Origin: Alloascoidea hylecoeti
Taxonomy: Eukaryota
Assembly: GCA_001600815.1 (NCBI GenBank)
Contig: BCKZ01000002.1
Span: 124,001 to 188,000, forward strand
Reading direction: 5' to 3'
DNA length: 64,000 nucleotides
Shown piece by piece: positions 35,854 to 48,796 of the stretch. The first letter of the stretch is position 1; each line of letters starts with the position of its first letter. The position numbers were made by a program, and so were the translations under genes. Under the pieces are notes generated by a model, which made no database searches, was not told the DNA's origin, and saw nothing but the letters and a program-made list of their open reading frames with translations.

Positions 35854-36544
35854 GGTAATTGTAGTGCTGAATAGTGTTGTTGTTTGTGTGGAAGTGTGTG
35901 GACGTGTGTGTGTGTTTGTTTACAACGTGTGAGTATGGATGTACACTTCCTTCATCGTTTACAATGTGTCACAGTCTCAAACGGCAGACGCTTAAATCCA
36001 TTTACAACTCGGAGTTTATATTTTGCTTATAATAAGAAGTTTATAATCATTGAAAAATCAAAGCTTACATTCATATACGTTAATCAAGCCATTTACAACT
36101 CGAAGCTTATAAAACGCGATATTATAATGACAAACATAGCTAAACCACAGTATTGACGTAATCAAATACGGTTAGAAGTTCAGATTAGGAAATAGATATC
36201 AATAAGATATTATTTCATTATAAATAGAAGGGAGTATTCTCATTTTATAGATCAGAGTTCTTCTTAGTATTTCATCTACTTATTATTTCATAGACATAAG
36301 TTCAATTTCATTATTAAGGTTACCCAAAGATACGTATTGGGTTCATTCCCATCAGCCTTAAAACGTAGCGGTGACACAATGTATGCATATATTATAGGTT
36401 AAGGATATCAATCTTATTTTGCGCATATAGCTTTAGTTTATATAGTTTTAACATAACGTGTTGCTGCTAAATCAGCTAAAAAATTCGAAATATAATTAAA
36501 AAAAAAAAAAACTTTTATAAAATTTATATAAGCTTATAGTTTCA

Positions 36545-39500
36545 TTAATCACCATAAAACTTTTTGAAAATAAGGCCTAGTAAAGAGTTGGTATCAAATT
36601 GAGCCATACCATCAAACTGCGAAATATAGATCTCATTGTCATACTGTTTATTCAGCAAATCATCTACAGTTATCTTAGTTGAAGCGCCTAGTATTTCCAC
36701 TGATCCATGAGAAGCAGATATAGCAAAGATTCCTATTTCGTCACTAGAGAACGTAAAGTCTATATTTGGGAGTCTTCCTTTAAGAGAAGGGCTAGAAGCT
36801 TCTGGTGTGTATGTGGATACCAGGTGTTTTCCACTTGGCTGTACACCGTGTCGACCGCTGCTCAAAATATCAATAGAAAGGTTCACCAATACCCCTTTAT
36901 CGTATAGATTCTGAGCCGAATATTTATATGAACCGAATTTTGGAATCTTTCCTCTTTTCTGAAGACTCCGTAAATGAAAGTATTGTTTACTGAATGGAAG
37001 TAGATTCTTCAGCACACTTTTCTTTTTCGAAACCGAGCTCGTCATTTGAAGGTTGGACATTGATTTTTCAATATAGTAAGTGTATGTATTCATTTGCTGT
37101 TGCAGATAATCTTGCTTCTTCTGCAAATTTTGAAGGGCTTCGTTTATCTTTTCAAGTTCATCGATTCTTTGATACCGCCGTTCATGTTTTGTTCTTATAT
37201 CTACAACCAAGGAGTTCAGGAGATCTTGGAAAGAATTCTTTCTTGTCACATTTCCGAAAGATTCTAATTCGATTATTCTTTCTAATGCGACGCGCTTCAA
37301 ATTATTATAAGAAAGTCTAAAGTTAATTGATAAGTTAGTAAAGTGATTTCAATTTTTAATATCTCGCACTAACATACTTCGATAAATCGCCTAGTGTTCC
37401 CTCGACATATGTCGACTTCTTTTTTCCGTTCATGCTCTCATCCTTTAATATTGACTCATATCTCGCTTCATGTTCTTTTGTGACCTTTTCAACAAGCAAA
37501 TCTAGTAGGTTATCTCCTGACTTTTGAACTTGTATAATATACAGTAGACATCGTTTTGCTTCCATAAACATAGAATTTATCTTAATTTCTTCATTTATCT
37601 GTTTATTATTTCCAACACTATTGTAAAACATATTGGGATTCAAATCCAATTTAATTTCTTTGAATTTTGAAAGGTCCAAAATTTCACTGGCTTGGCTGGG
37701 TATTGATCCAAAATGTGAAATTATTATGTTTAAAGGATCCACATCAATTTTCGATTTTTCTAATAGATTAGATATTTCTTTAGTGAAAAGACTATGAACA
37801 CTAAACATATCAACAGCCTTTATATTGAGAGTTGGTCTTTTGGTTCCAATGACATCAGTAAGCGGATTGATGTTGTAGGAAATTTCTATATCATCTACCT
37901 CAATAATAGCTTTCAGCAGTTGTTGAACTCTTTTTTTCGAAACATTGATAAATTCATTCAAAGGTTGTAAATACACATTTTCTCTTCCAAACGGTCTCAT
38001 TAATAGTAAACGATTTACCAACTCAGAAACCTCCACCAGATTCTTCTTCTGTAATTTGTTGAAGCTAAAAGGCAAATCTTCAGTTGATCTAAGAAATCTC
38101 TCTGGATTCGTTAAAATCAATGAAATGTAGTGTTTCCCCAAAACACTACCAATTATACTTAAATGTTTACTAGGCTTGGAATCTGCGAATAATTTTATGG
38201 ATGCAGTGTGTACTTCACGACAAATGAAACGTATAGCTAAGGGGATTTTATCAATCTGTTCTTCAAGGACACTAAGGATTTCGTTAGCATATTCTCTTAA
38301 CTTTTGAAGATTTGCAACAAACTGTACCCTAGTTTCTGGATCTTGGATTGCTTGTGGGATCGTAACATTCAAAGGCTTTATACTCTTTCTTCTACTCCCT
38401 TCTTCTTTAATGATGAGAGATCTATATATCGCAAGCGGATGACTTTCCAGGTTCAAATCCTCTGTTTCACATATTGATGTTATGACAGGAGTAGTTAATT
38501 CCGCTAACTTTTGTCTGTAATCATTACTGCTGCTGAGAATTCGCATCAATGACTGCCAAAAAAATATATTGCAATTGAAGCTTTTAAAACTGTCCGAGTT
38601 TTTTAATTCTTCTGTTATGCTAGCACAAATCAGTTTTATAAAAAAATATTCTTCTCGCTTACTATCAGTTATACCTCTTAGTGTATCATCTGAACATGGC
38701 GTTGTAAAATTGTTGAAAGTTGCCAACACTAAATTTTCTATTTCCTGAATATGCTCCGGCGTTAATTCATTTTTATTAAGATTAGAAAAAAGTTTAACGA
38801 AATAAATAGGTTGGGTTTGTAAGATATAAAAGAACCCCTGGTACAACTCAAGCCTTACTCTTGAAGCTTTATTTAGGCCTTTAAGATTAAATATATCACC
38901 CGAATTACCGTCAAGTTTGTTATTCATCGAATTATTTGTCTTCAAATATTTATTATTTTTATGCTGTCTGATCAGTTCATCTAAAGTAATCTTATTCTTA
39001 ACCAAAAGTGCAATTTTTATATCTAATTCATTCACAAATTGTTCTAGCTCATCGTTATGCTTAACCAGTTCTGAAATTTTCTTCTTGCCTTCTTCTCTCT
39101 TAACTTCCTCGCCAATATCTGTTTCACTATCATTTAAAAGATGAATAAATTTCCTTACGCTAGGTAATGGAGGGTTGGGATTTAATATCAGAGCTTTATA
39201 TGCATTACCTTGAGTTCTAGCCCTAATATAACTTTGTAATCTTACAATTTTATCTGTATTTATTCTAAAATATTCCATTCGATCAGAATATCGTTTTCTG
39301 ATTAAATAACCCCGAACAGTTGATTGTAATATCACAACATCAGGTTTAGTATCTTGAAAATCCTCTATCATTAAAGAATAGCCAAACCGAATTAACACCC
39401 CACGGAACAATGATTGAATTCCAGTAATTGAGTCAGATGATTTGTAAAGCTCAGTATGCTGGTTTGCTATTTTTCTTCTTAGAAGAACTCCTCTGATTAT

Positions 39501-41568
39501 ATTCTGCATATCAAATATTACAACATCGTGATAATCGATATCATCAAGCAGTTTATTAAGATATTGTCTACTAATACCACCACGGGCTATTGATTGTAGT
39601 TCAGTAGTCATTTCATTATTGTAACAAATACGTTCTAAAAGGTTATTAATTTTTTTTCGAACAAGGATATTTCGAATTGTTGATTGAAGAGTGATGATTC
39701 CATCTTCCACGACTAGGACCGCGTCATGAGAATATTTTTGATGGTTTCTGAATAAAAATGCCCTCGCTATTGATTGTAGGGAAATAATTTTCAAGGTTTC
39801 ATTTCTCAAATGATCTTTTGTGCACTTTATTACGGATGTAACTTTCCGCATCCTAATAATAGCTTGTATATTTTTTATTGATACTTGATGACTCTTTATT
39901 TGTTTCTTTTCATTTTCAATCCTTGATAAAGTACCTCGAATGATTGATTGTAACAAGGTTACCTCTTCATTATGGGCCTCAGTTTGCTCGATTGAGGAGA
40001 TTAAAACATTCTTTGTCGTTTTACCTCTAATGATTGCTTGCAACTTAACAATATTATATTTAAGATTATCGTTATTATAAGACTCCAATTTGGATAAAAT
40101 AACGTTTCTTAATTTAATACCTCTTATGAGGCTTTGAATATCGATTGTAGCTGTCTTTGTCTGACTTGATCCTAAACTTGTCTTGGTACTTACGATTGTT
40201 TTTCTAAGTATATTCCCCCGAATGAGGCTCTGTAATGATAATGATGTGTCACTTGCATCCTTTGCGGATATTTGTTCCACTGTGGATTGTCTCAAGCGTT
40301 TACCTCTAATTATAGCCTGTAATTCTTTCATCTCTTCAATATTGTTTCTAAATGCATATTTTTGAGTGAAGACATTGTATCTCAGAATCGAGCCTCTGCA
40401 GACGGATTGTAAAATGATGATATATAGATCTTTCTCATTAATAGTTATGACCTCCGGTTCTTGTTCTAATTCAGGGACTGAAATTGGTACTGCAATAGAT
40501 AATCCCAGTACCTCCATTTCATTATCAAGCTTAAAATGCTGATTCATGCCATTGAAATTTGGCATATTAACACCAGTAGCATCCAGCCCCTTTTGTGTTG
40601 CCTTAATCTCAGCATCCGTAAATTGCAACTTCCCAACCAAATTATTAATTTCTGGTGCTAACTCTTCATTTGAAAGAATAAAACTTAAAGCATGAATACA
40701 AAATATAACTTTAGGAATATTCTTTTTATCATATAAATCTGTTAATTCAAATTTAAAGAGATTCGGAAGTCCAATTTCATCAACAAATTTGAAAAAATAA
40801 TTGATATTTTCAGAATGAACAAAGGAAAGTTTTTTACCTTCATATATTTTTTTCACTAGATGTGGAGCAAAAGATCTTGTTACCTTTGCTAGTATAACGC
40901 CATTTCTTAAATTTTCTTCTAATTCAACAATTGGTGGAATTTCTTCGTTAATACAAAATTCAACCCATCTATAGATTGTTAGTTCATTTGTGTGAGAAGT
41001 TAAATATGTTTCTTGTGGATAAATTATAAACAAGAGAAGAAAAGACTTACTCTTTGGCTTCACCAATTCGGCATAGATATTCATAAGCTTGTAAATTTTC
41101 TCGTTGCTTATCCATCCAATTTGAACTTGCGGTTTCGCGAGCTCTTTCATTTCGTTGTAGTTTCAATCTTCCTTTCATTCCTATCACATCTTCTCCTCTG
41201 TCGGACACATCTTCAAGCTTCTTTAGTTTGTGCTCAAATTTTGGTGTCGTCTGCACGGAAGATTTAGAGTGTAAGTTGTCATCGGGTGAGTCAAGGATAT
41301 TTTTGAGAAGATTTTCCGCTCTTCTGGAAGAAGTAGGGGAAGCATAGCGATTACGTACCGGGCTATCGTTATTCAGATTTTCCAGATATCTGGAGGTTAT
41401 TGATTTCGAAGACCTCACAGGACTTCTTTCGTGTGTGTTTTTCTTTTCGTCGTAAATAGAATCGTAAATTGAGGAGGGTCTAGATAGTTTAGATAGAGGT
41501 GAACTATTCCAAGATTTAATCTGTGCTCGGGGAGTTTTTGGACTTCTAGGATTGAAGGAATTCTGCAT
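36545..41568 (-). CDS. IQG1: IQGAP-related cytokinesis protein Iqg1, 3 exons: 41568-41051, 40968-37378, 37316-36545
   Basis: CH domain (AYEYLCRIGEAKE|WVE...LRNGVILAK...DLYDKKNIPKVIFCIHALS), 14 IQ-like LQxxxRG repeats, a GAP-related domain and RasGAP_C (FGSYKYSAQNLYDKGVL). Two phase-2 introns. Confidence 0.93.
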
Positions 41569-42304
41569 AATAGAAGTATTAATGATTATTGTTAAAAGAT
41601 TAGTTTTGGGAAAGTGTACGGTTTTATTATTTTCAGGTATTGTTCTCGTATATTTTCGATATACCCTGCATCTGTAAACATGACGGGTGTCATGACAACC
41701 AGACATGCTTTTCAATTTTAGTGTCTTGTCACCTTTTAATATTTCCACCATCCCTGATAAATATAAAAAATTACCATTTCAATATCAAACTCAAGAACTA
41801 ATATATTATTATCATTTGAATCTATAAGTTAATGTTTAGACTTAAATTTTTAATAGTTAAATATTAATTAGTTCTTGATCATCAAAGGATCTGAACATAC
41901 AATTTATAAGTTTATATCTTATACCCGTATGAGTAAAAAGTTTGAATAGAAGTAAAGAAAGGACTATGTTTTTATATTGTATACACTAGCTATAACAATT
42001 GCCAGATATAGCAATCCTTATACAGTAATATACACTGCAATATCATTTTGGTTTTAATTATACAATTCCCATATGAAGGCGTATAACTGTTAACATTTTA
42101 ACTATATTACTCCTTATCTCAAAGTAATAATCCGAGATCTTCAATATCTTTCACTTTTACATATGGTGCTACAAATAATGACCTTCAAAATACAGACTAT
42201 ACGATATGATCATAGCATTAAAATAAAATATAATACAAAGTAACAAATCCAAAGAATTCCCAGCCACAAACATTTAGGCAATCTCATAATACATAATATT
42301 TCGT

Positions 42305-42680
<376 letters not shown>

Positions 42681-42859
42681 GTTTATTTAAATTTGATATT
42701 AAAATGGGAGAAAATGAGTATGTAAAGAAAAAAAAAAAGAAAGGAGGGAAAGTGGTTGCTTAAATAATGCAGGGGAATTCCAGGCGCAATTGGTAACACA
42801 AATGACATTCAAACAGATCAGTTTGCGCAAACAATCGCAGAAAGTGTTCTGACCAATGA

Positions 42860-43546
<687 letters not shown>

Positions 43547-44031
43547 ATATGTTTGGCGCTTTACGAAATTTGTTTGATATTTGAATTTGTATATTAGTTA
43601 TGGTTTTATAATAATTCTTTAAGATTCTAAAATTACTAAATTGTAAAGATTTTTGTAACTGGATATTAGCTTTAATTGTGGACTGTGCGATATCTAAACC
43701 ACTGAAAATATGGGACACTTAAAATGAACAAGTATCTCTTGCGGAAAAAGTAGCCACACCACTAAAATCACCTCCATTATATATTAAAGAAGACTAAAGG
43801 TTAATCAGATAAATATAATTATTACTAATTAGTAATTAAAATGTACTAACTTAGTTGCCTTGTATAAGGAATATTAATTATCATAATACATCGAACGACT
43901 CCTGATCATAATTGTCAATAATTATGCTTCTTAGTTCTCATTACTTACTAAGACTACTGTATTACCTTCAACTAATAGTGCTTTAAGGATTTAATATGAA
44001 TAAGTGTGGTGATTCCTTTATTATGATTAAT

Positions 44032-46205
44032 CTAGAAACCTTCACTTCCCAACTTCTTCCTTAGGTCCTCAATAAAAATCTCCAAATCGTCAAGACTTTG
44101 TTGCAAAGGTGCCACCTCATCAAACTTTCTTCTTGCAGTTGCTTCTTTAATCATATTTCCAACAAGGTATTTCTGTTCTTCCATGACAATTAATTGATTT
44201 CTATATTCTTCAATTTCATTTTGTGATAAATTTGGCTTTTCTTCTGGGGGAGTCGGAACACGAGTGAATTGTGATGAAGGTTCAATAACTTGTACTGGTG
44301 TTGGTGTTGGTGTTGGCGTTGGCGATGGTGATGGTGATGGTGATGCTTGACTACTACTAATCGGTGACCCTCTATTAGAATTTGAATGTTTTAAAATATT
44401 TGGTAATGATTTTAAAGGTAACATATTTTCTTGTAAAAATAAAACAGCCATTGAATATATTGTTTTCTTTAATCTCTTCTCAGTTTCAATTTCAACATTA
44501 GTTTTGACAATTTGTCTTGATATCTTATCATATTGAGTAAATGATTCAAGTAATCGGGTTCTTAGCTTGTTTGCTCCAGTTGTGATCTGCTTTGATGGAA
44601 TAATCGATGAATCATCAAGTACTGCTAGTGCATTTTGAAACTTCGGCATTAAAATTTCAATGACCCGCCGACAATTTGCCAGGTGCTCATAATGTTGTAA
44701 TAATATAGGTTGTTCGGATTGTAGGTCCTTCATAAAATTTCTTTTCGAAAACAGCGTATCTTTACAGTTACGGCAGATTCTTATACCATTATTACCGGAA
44801 GGTATTTCAGGTAAAAATATATCACCTAGTTGTTCTTTCAATATAAACATTGGAACTTCTCTTGAGCAACCTTTCGAATGGTCAGCACAAATAATGCACC
44901 CACAAAGTCTGCAATGATGTTTTCTCAAAGATAGACTGAAATGCTGTAAACAAATTGGACAATCCTTAACTTCATCATTTGGTATCCACGGGACTACTTG
45001 GTGTTCGAAGTTTCTCCTCTTTAAAACACTTGCTAAACTAAATAATGTTGAAGCGGAACCATCATCATCAGTTTTCTCATCAATATCATTAATCAAATTG
45101 ATCAATTTAGTAAGCCTTTTCTCTAGCTTATTCCTATTTATATCTTCGTTATCAACTCTTCGTTGTCGTAATGCCTTAAAGCTTGATGTTAAATCCACTA
45201 TATATCCGTTATCATTATAGCCTTTTCGCGATTTATAACATGTCTCACATACACGACTCCAAATACCGTTATCCGGATCATGTCGTGCTTTTACAGATAA
45301 TCTCATTCTATAACGTGTATGGTCATTACAAAATAATCTTCCACATTTGCGGCAATTAACCAATCCATTATTTGTGCCTAAAATTTTACTACATGTAGGA
45401 TCTGAACAATAATCGAAACCAGACGTCTTTAGTTTTTGCCAGTGCGCTCTGGTTATTGTGGGTCCTGGTTTACGTTGAGATTGTGGTTGTAAATTTGGTA
45501 TATCGCTTGATTCATCATTATCAGCTGTAGAATCAAAAAAGTCGATTCTACCAAACCGTTTTTGATTAAGGATGTCAGTCACTTTCTGTAGTTGCTTCGC
45601 CTGACGAACTTTACCTTGGAACCAGGATTTGAGGTCTTCGTTTTCAACCTTATCGACGGTTTGGTGCACATCATCAAGATGTCTAAGATAGTTAGCTTTA
45701 GTTTAAATAAAAATGAATAAAAAGTGGCATAAAAAGTGGCATACCTATTTAGTTGCAATAATGTGACCATCGTTTCGTTACATATAGGGCATGCTAATGA
45801 GTTATTTTCTTCATTTGATTCTTCTAAGTCTTCTAATCTGTTCAGAGGAGTCCCCTCATTGGTACGGTATTCAGTTTCAGTTTTATTGACCTTTGTTCGG
45901 AAAGATAATTTCCTTGCCGAAGGAACAGGTAGAACATCATCATAAAAAATAGGTGAAACATTATTAATATCATCAGCTACTCTGCTGCTGCTTCTGGTTA
46001 TATGTTCAACCCCATTTTTATTCGGTATATCTGGTCCGTCTTCTAATAACATTGCCTTAACTGGTTCTGTCATTTTTGCCTTTCCATTTTGTTGAACATA
46101 AGCTGACGTTCCCTCTGTTGGCTTTGAAGGGGGTGCAGCTCCTAAAACTCTTGAGCGAGCTGGTTTTGATTGTGGCCTTCTAGTTAGTGTTTTTGTTGTA
46201 TTCAT
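44032..46205 (-). CDS. PEP7: Pep7/Vac1 (rabenosyn-5) FYVE-domain vacuolar sorting adaptor, 2 exons: 46205-45745 and 45682-44032
   Basis: Spliced C2H2 CPICNETMVTLLQLNR|HLDDVH, two FYVE-type fingers (VNCRKCGRLFC; RKHHCRLCG) and a C-terminal Rbsn-like helix (ARRKFDEV). The start ATG is chosen by inference. Confidence 0.9.
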
Positions 46206-46464
46206 ATTATAGTTGGACTCATGGCGTGAAATGTTTGGAAAGACGGGGATGGATGGAGGATTGAGATAATTGAAGAGGCAAAGCACAAACCTGAAAACCA
46301 CATCGAGTCATTAAGTATAATAATTTTATAACCTTATTATTATTGTAGTTAGCTTATAACACATACACTGTTATACAGTGTATAAAATATCTATATAAGT
46401 ATATATATAAACTTGTTTATCTATTCACACATGGCTGCACACATACGCCAGTTATACTAGTATG

Positions 46465-48694
46465 TTACACTTCATCGCTAACTGGTATATAACCGCTACT
46501 TGTTGGAATACTCCGAGTGTCTGGATACTCATATAACTTGTAATAATCCACAACTTGTCCACCTAGAGCATTGTGTCCCTGGGAAGGCTCATATATGATA
46601 TCACTTATCTTTCCAAAAGGACACCAGAAATCTCCACAGTTCTTAATAACTCCATAGTCTCCAGGTCTTTTCCTATGTCTACTTCCTTCTTGGGCTTGTT
46701 TTGATAACTGAACAACATCCTTTGCAGTAGCAACAAATTGATCAAGACCTAAAAGCCTAGTGATACTGCCAGAACAACCAGAGTTATGAATAGGTGGGAG
46801 TGTGTCGGGTATATTCAATGATGGATGATTGGAATCATTAGCCGCTAAAACCTCAGAAGGTGCACTTGAAAATACCATCTGATCCCCAAATCTATGTAAA
46901 GCAGTAGCTTCAAAAGTAGTTAAACCTCTAGCGATTTGAATTAATTGAACAAAAACCAGTAGAATAACCCAAATGAACTGTAATGAAGCCCATGCTGCAA
47001 TAAATAGACTGAATCTTGAATGAACAAATCCACGACATAGATCTTGACCAATGAAACCACATTCCAATAAGTCGTCCTGGTCATTTTCTAATCCATGAAA
47101 GTGATAAAAAACAAGTGTTGTATATACTGGAATAGCAACAACAAGAGAAACCAAAAATGCTAAAAAGGGCCTATGGTTTCTTATTCCGATTTCATTATTA
47201 ACCCAAGGACAATAATGATCAAATTTTGCAATAACTTTTTTCGATTTCCTAGAAAATCTAGCACGTAGTGGTTTTCTTACAAGTGTATGAATACAAAAGT
47301 TCTTAGCATCATACTTCCCGATATCGATAAGTTCTTCAATAACCTGTTTTTGTTCGGTGATACCCGAGAGTTTTGGAACATAACCTGGGTCCATAAGCAT
47401 GCATTTAAAAAAGAAATAAATAAGACTCGTAATTAAAAAGGGCAATATCACATTTAATAGTTTATAATTAACCCATGTAGAAGGAAAAATAATAAAAAAA
47501 TAGTCTATTATGACCCAGAAAACCGACCCAGAAAAAACACCAGCCAAAAATGGAGAAAAGGATAAAGCAGTTGAGCCATGATATGCATTTGGTAGTACAT
47601 AGGTGTTTAAACAAAATAAAGTAGCAATTAAAACAATAGGTATTAAGATAAGGTCTAGTATTAAATACAAACTTGAGAGAATTTTGAAATTAAAGCCAAG
47701 CACCAAATATGGGGTAAAAAATATGATTAGGTCTGTTACTTTCTTGGAAAAGTATATCCTTCTGATTGATCCATCTGGTAATCTGCCTGCTTGATTTAAT
47801 GCCATCCTCCAATTACCGACACAATTCATTTCTTTGGCCATTTGCCACGGAGTTTTGCCATCATTTGTTTCTGCGTACACATCAGTTCCTTCTTCAATCA
47901 ACCTCTTCAGTATGATTTTATCACCTCGTGTAAGTGCCCAATGTAGTGGCGTGAAACCGAGCTCGTCACGTTTATTTGGATCAGCCCCCCATGATAGTAG
48001 TACATGAACTGTCAAGCCATCTGATTGATAAGCGGCCCAATGTAGTGGTGTCCTGTCATGAGCATCCACCGGATCAACAGGCAAATTTTGATGAAGAAGA
48101 TATATGACAAGCATAACGTTTGATGAGTGAACCGCTAGTTGTAAGGCATCATATCCCTGAGAGTCTGTTCTTAGTGGATCAGCACCTTGTTGAATCAGAT
48201 AATGAACAATATAAACGAGACCATACCGACAAGCCCATTGCAAAGGGGTGGCACCTAATTCACCACCTTTAGCATCCACGGCAGCTCCATTTTCAACTAG
48301 TAATTTGCAGGCATTAAGTCTGTTATTCATCGCTGCCCAGTGAAGAGCGGTCTCTCCCTTTGAGTTGTGGTCCTGGGCTGTGACATTACCTTCTTTTAAT
48401 AGAGCCGACATCTTTGCCAAGTCACCTACATGGGAGGCTTCTATGAGTTCATCGATTTCGGAAAGGGTGGAGTCCGATGAGTCTATATAGTCAAGATTTA
48501 AAAAAAGGGTTAGATATGCTGAAGCTATATTATTGTCGGCCGCAGTAGTTATGTTTTACCATACCTGTGATATCTGGAGATGGTTTGCCAGATGAAATGG
48601 ATGTTGCTCCTGTAGGAGAGGAACCCATCGTTTGAAGTTCAGCGCCCTGAGAGGACAACTCTCCCGAAAAGTGAGATGTTGAATGAGTTGACAT
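46465..48694 (-). CDS. AKR1: Ankyrin-repeat DHHC palmitoyltransferase Akr1, 2 exons: 48694-48565 and 48482-46465
   Basis: Ankyrin repeats (TALHWAA, TPLQWAC, TPLHWAA, TPLHWAL), TM segments and the Akr1-type DHYC motif (FDHYCPWV). Phase-1 intron GTATGG..CTAAC..TAG. Confidence 0.93.
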
Positions 48695-48796
48695 TAATAA
48701 TCCTATGCTATTTGGGAGGTGGTTGATAAAATAATGAGAAAAAATTAAGGTGTGCCATGGGAGGCAGTTGTTGCATTTTTTACAGCCCTGCTACCT

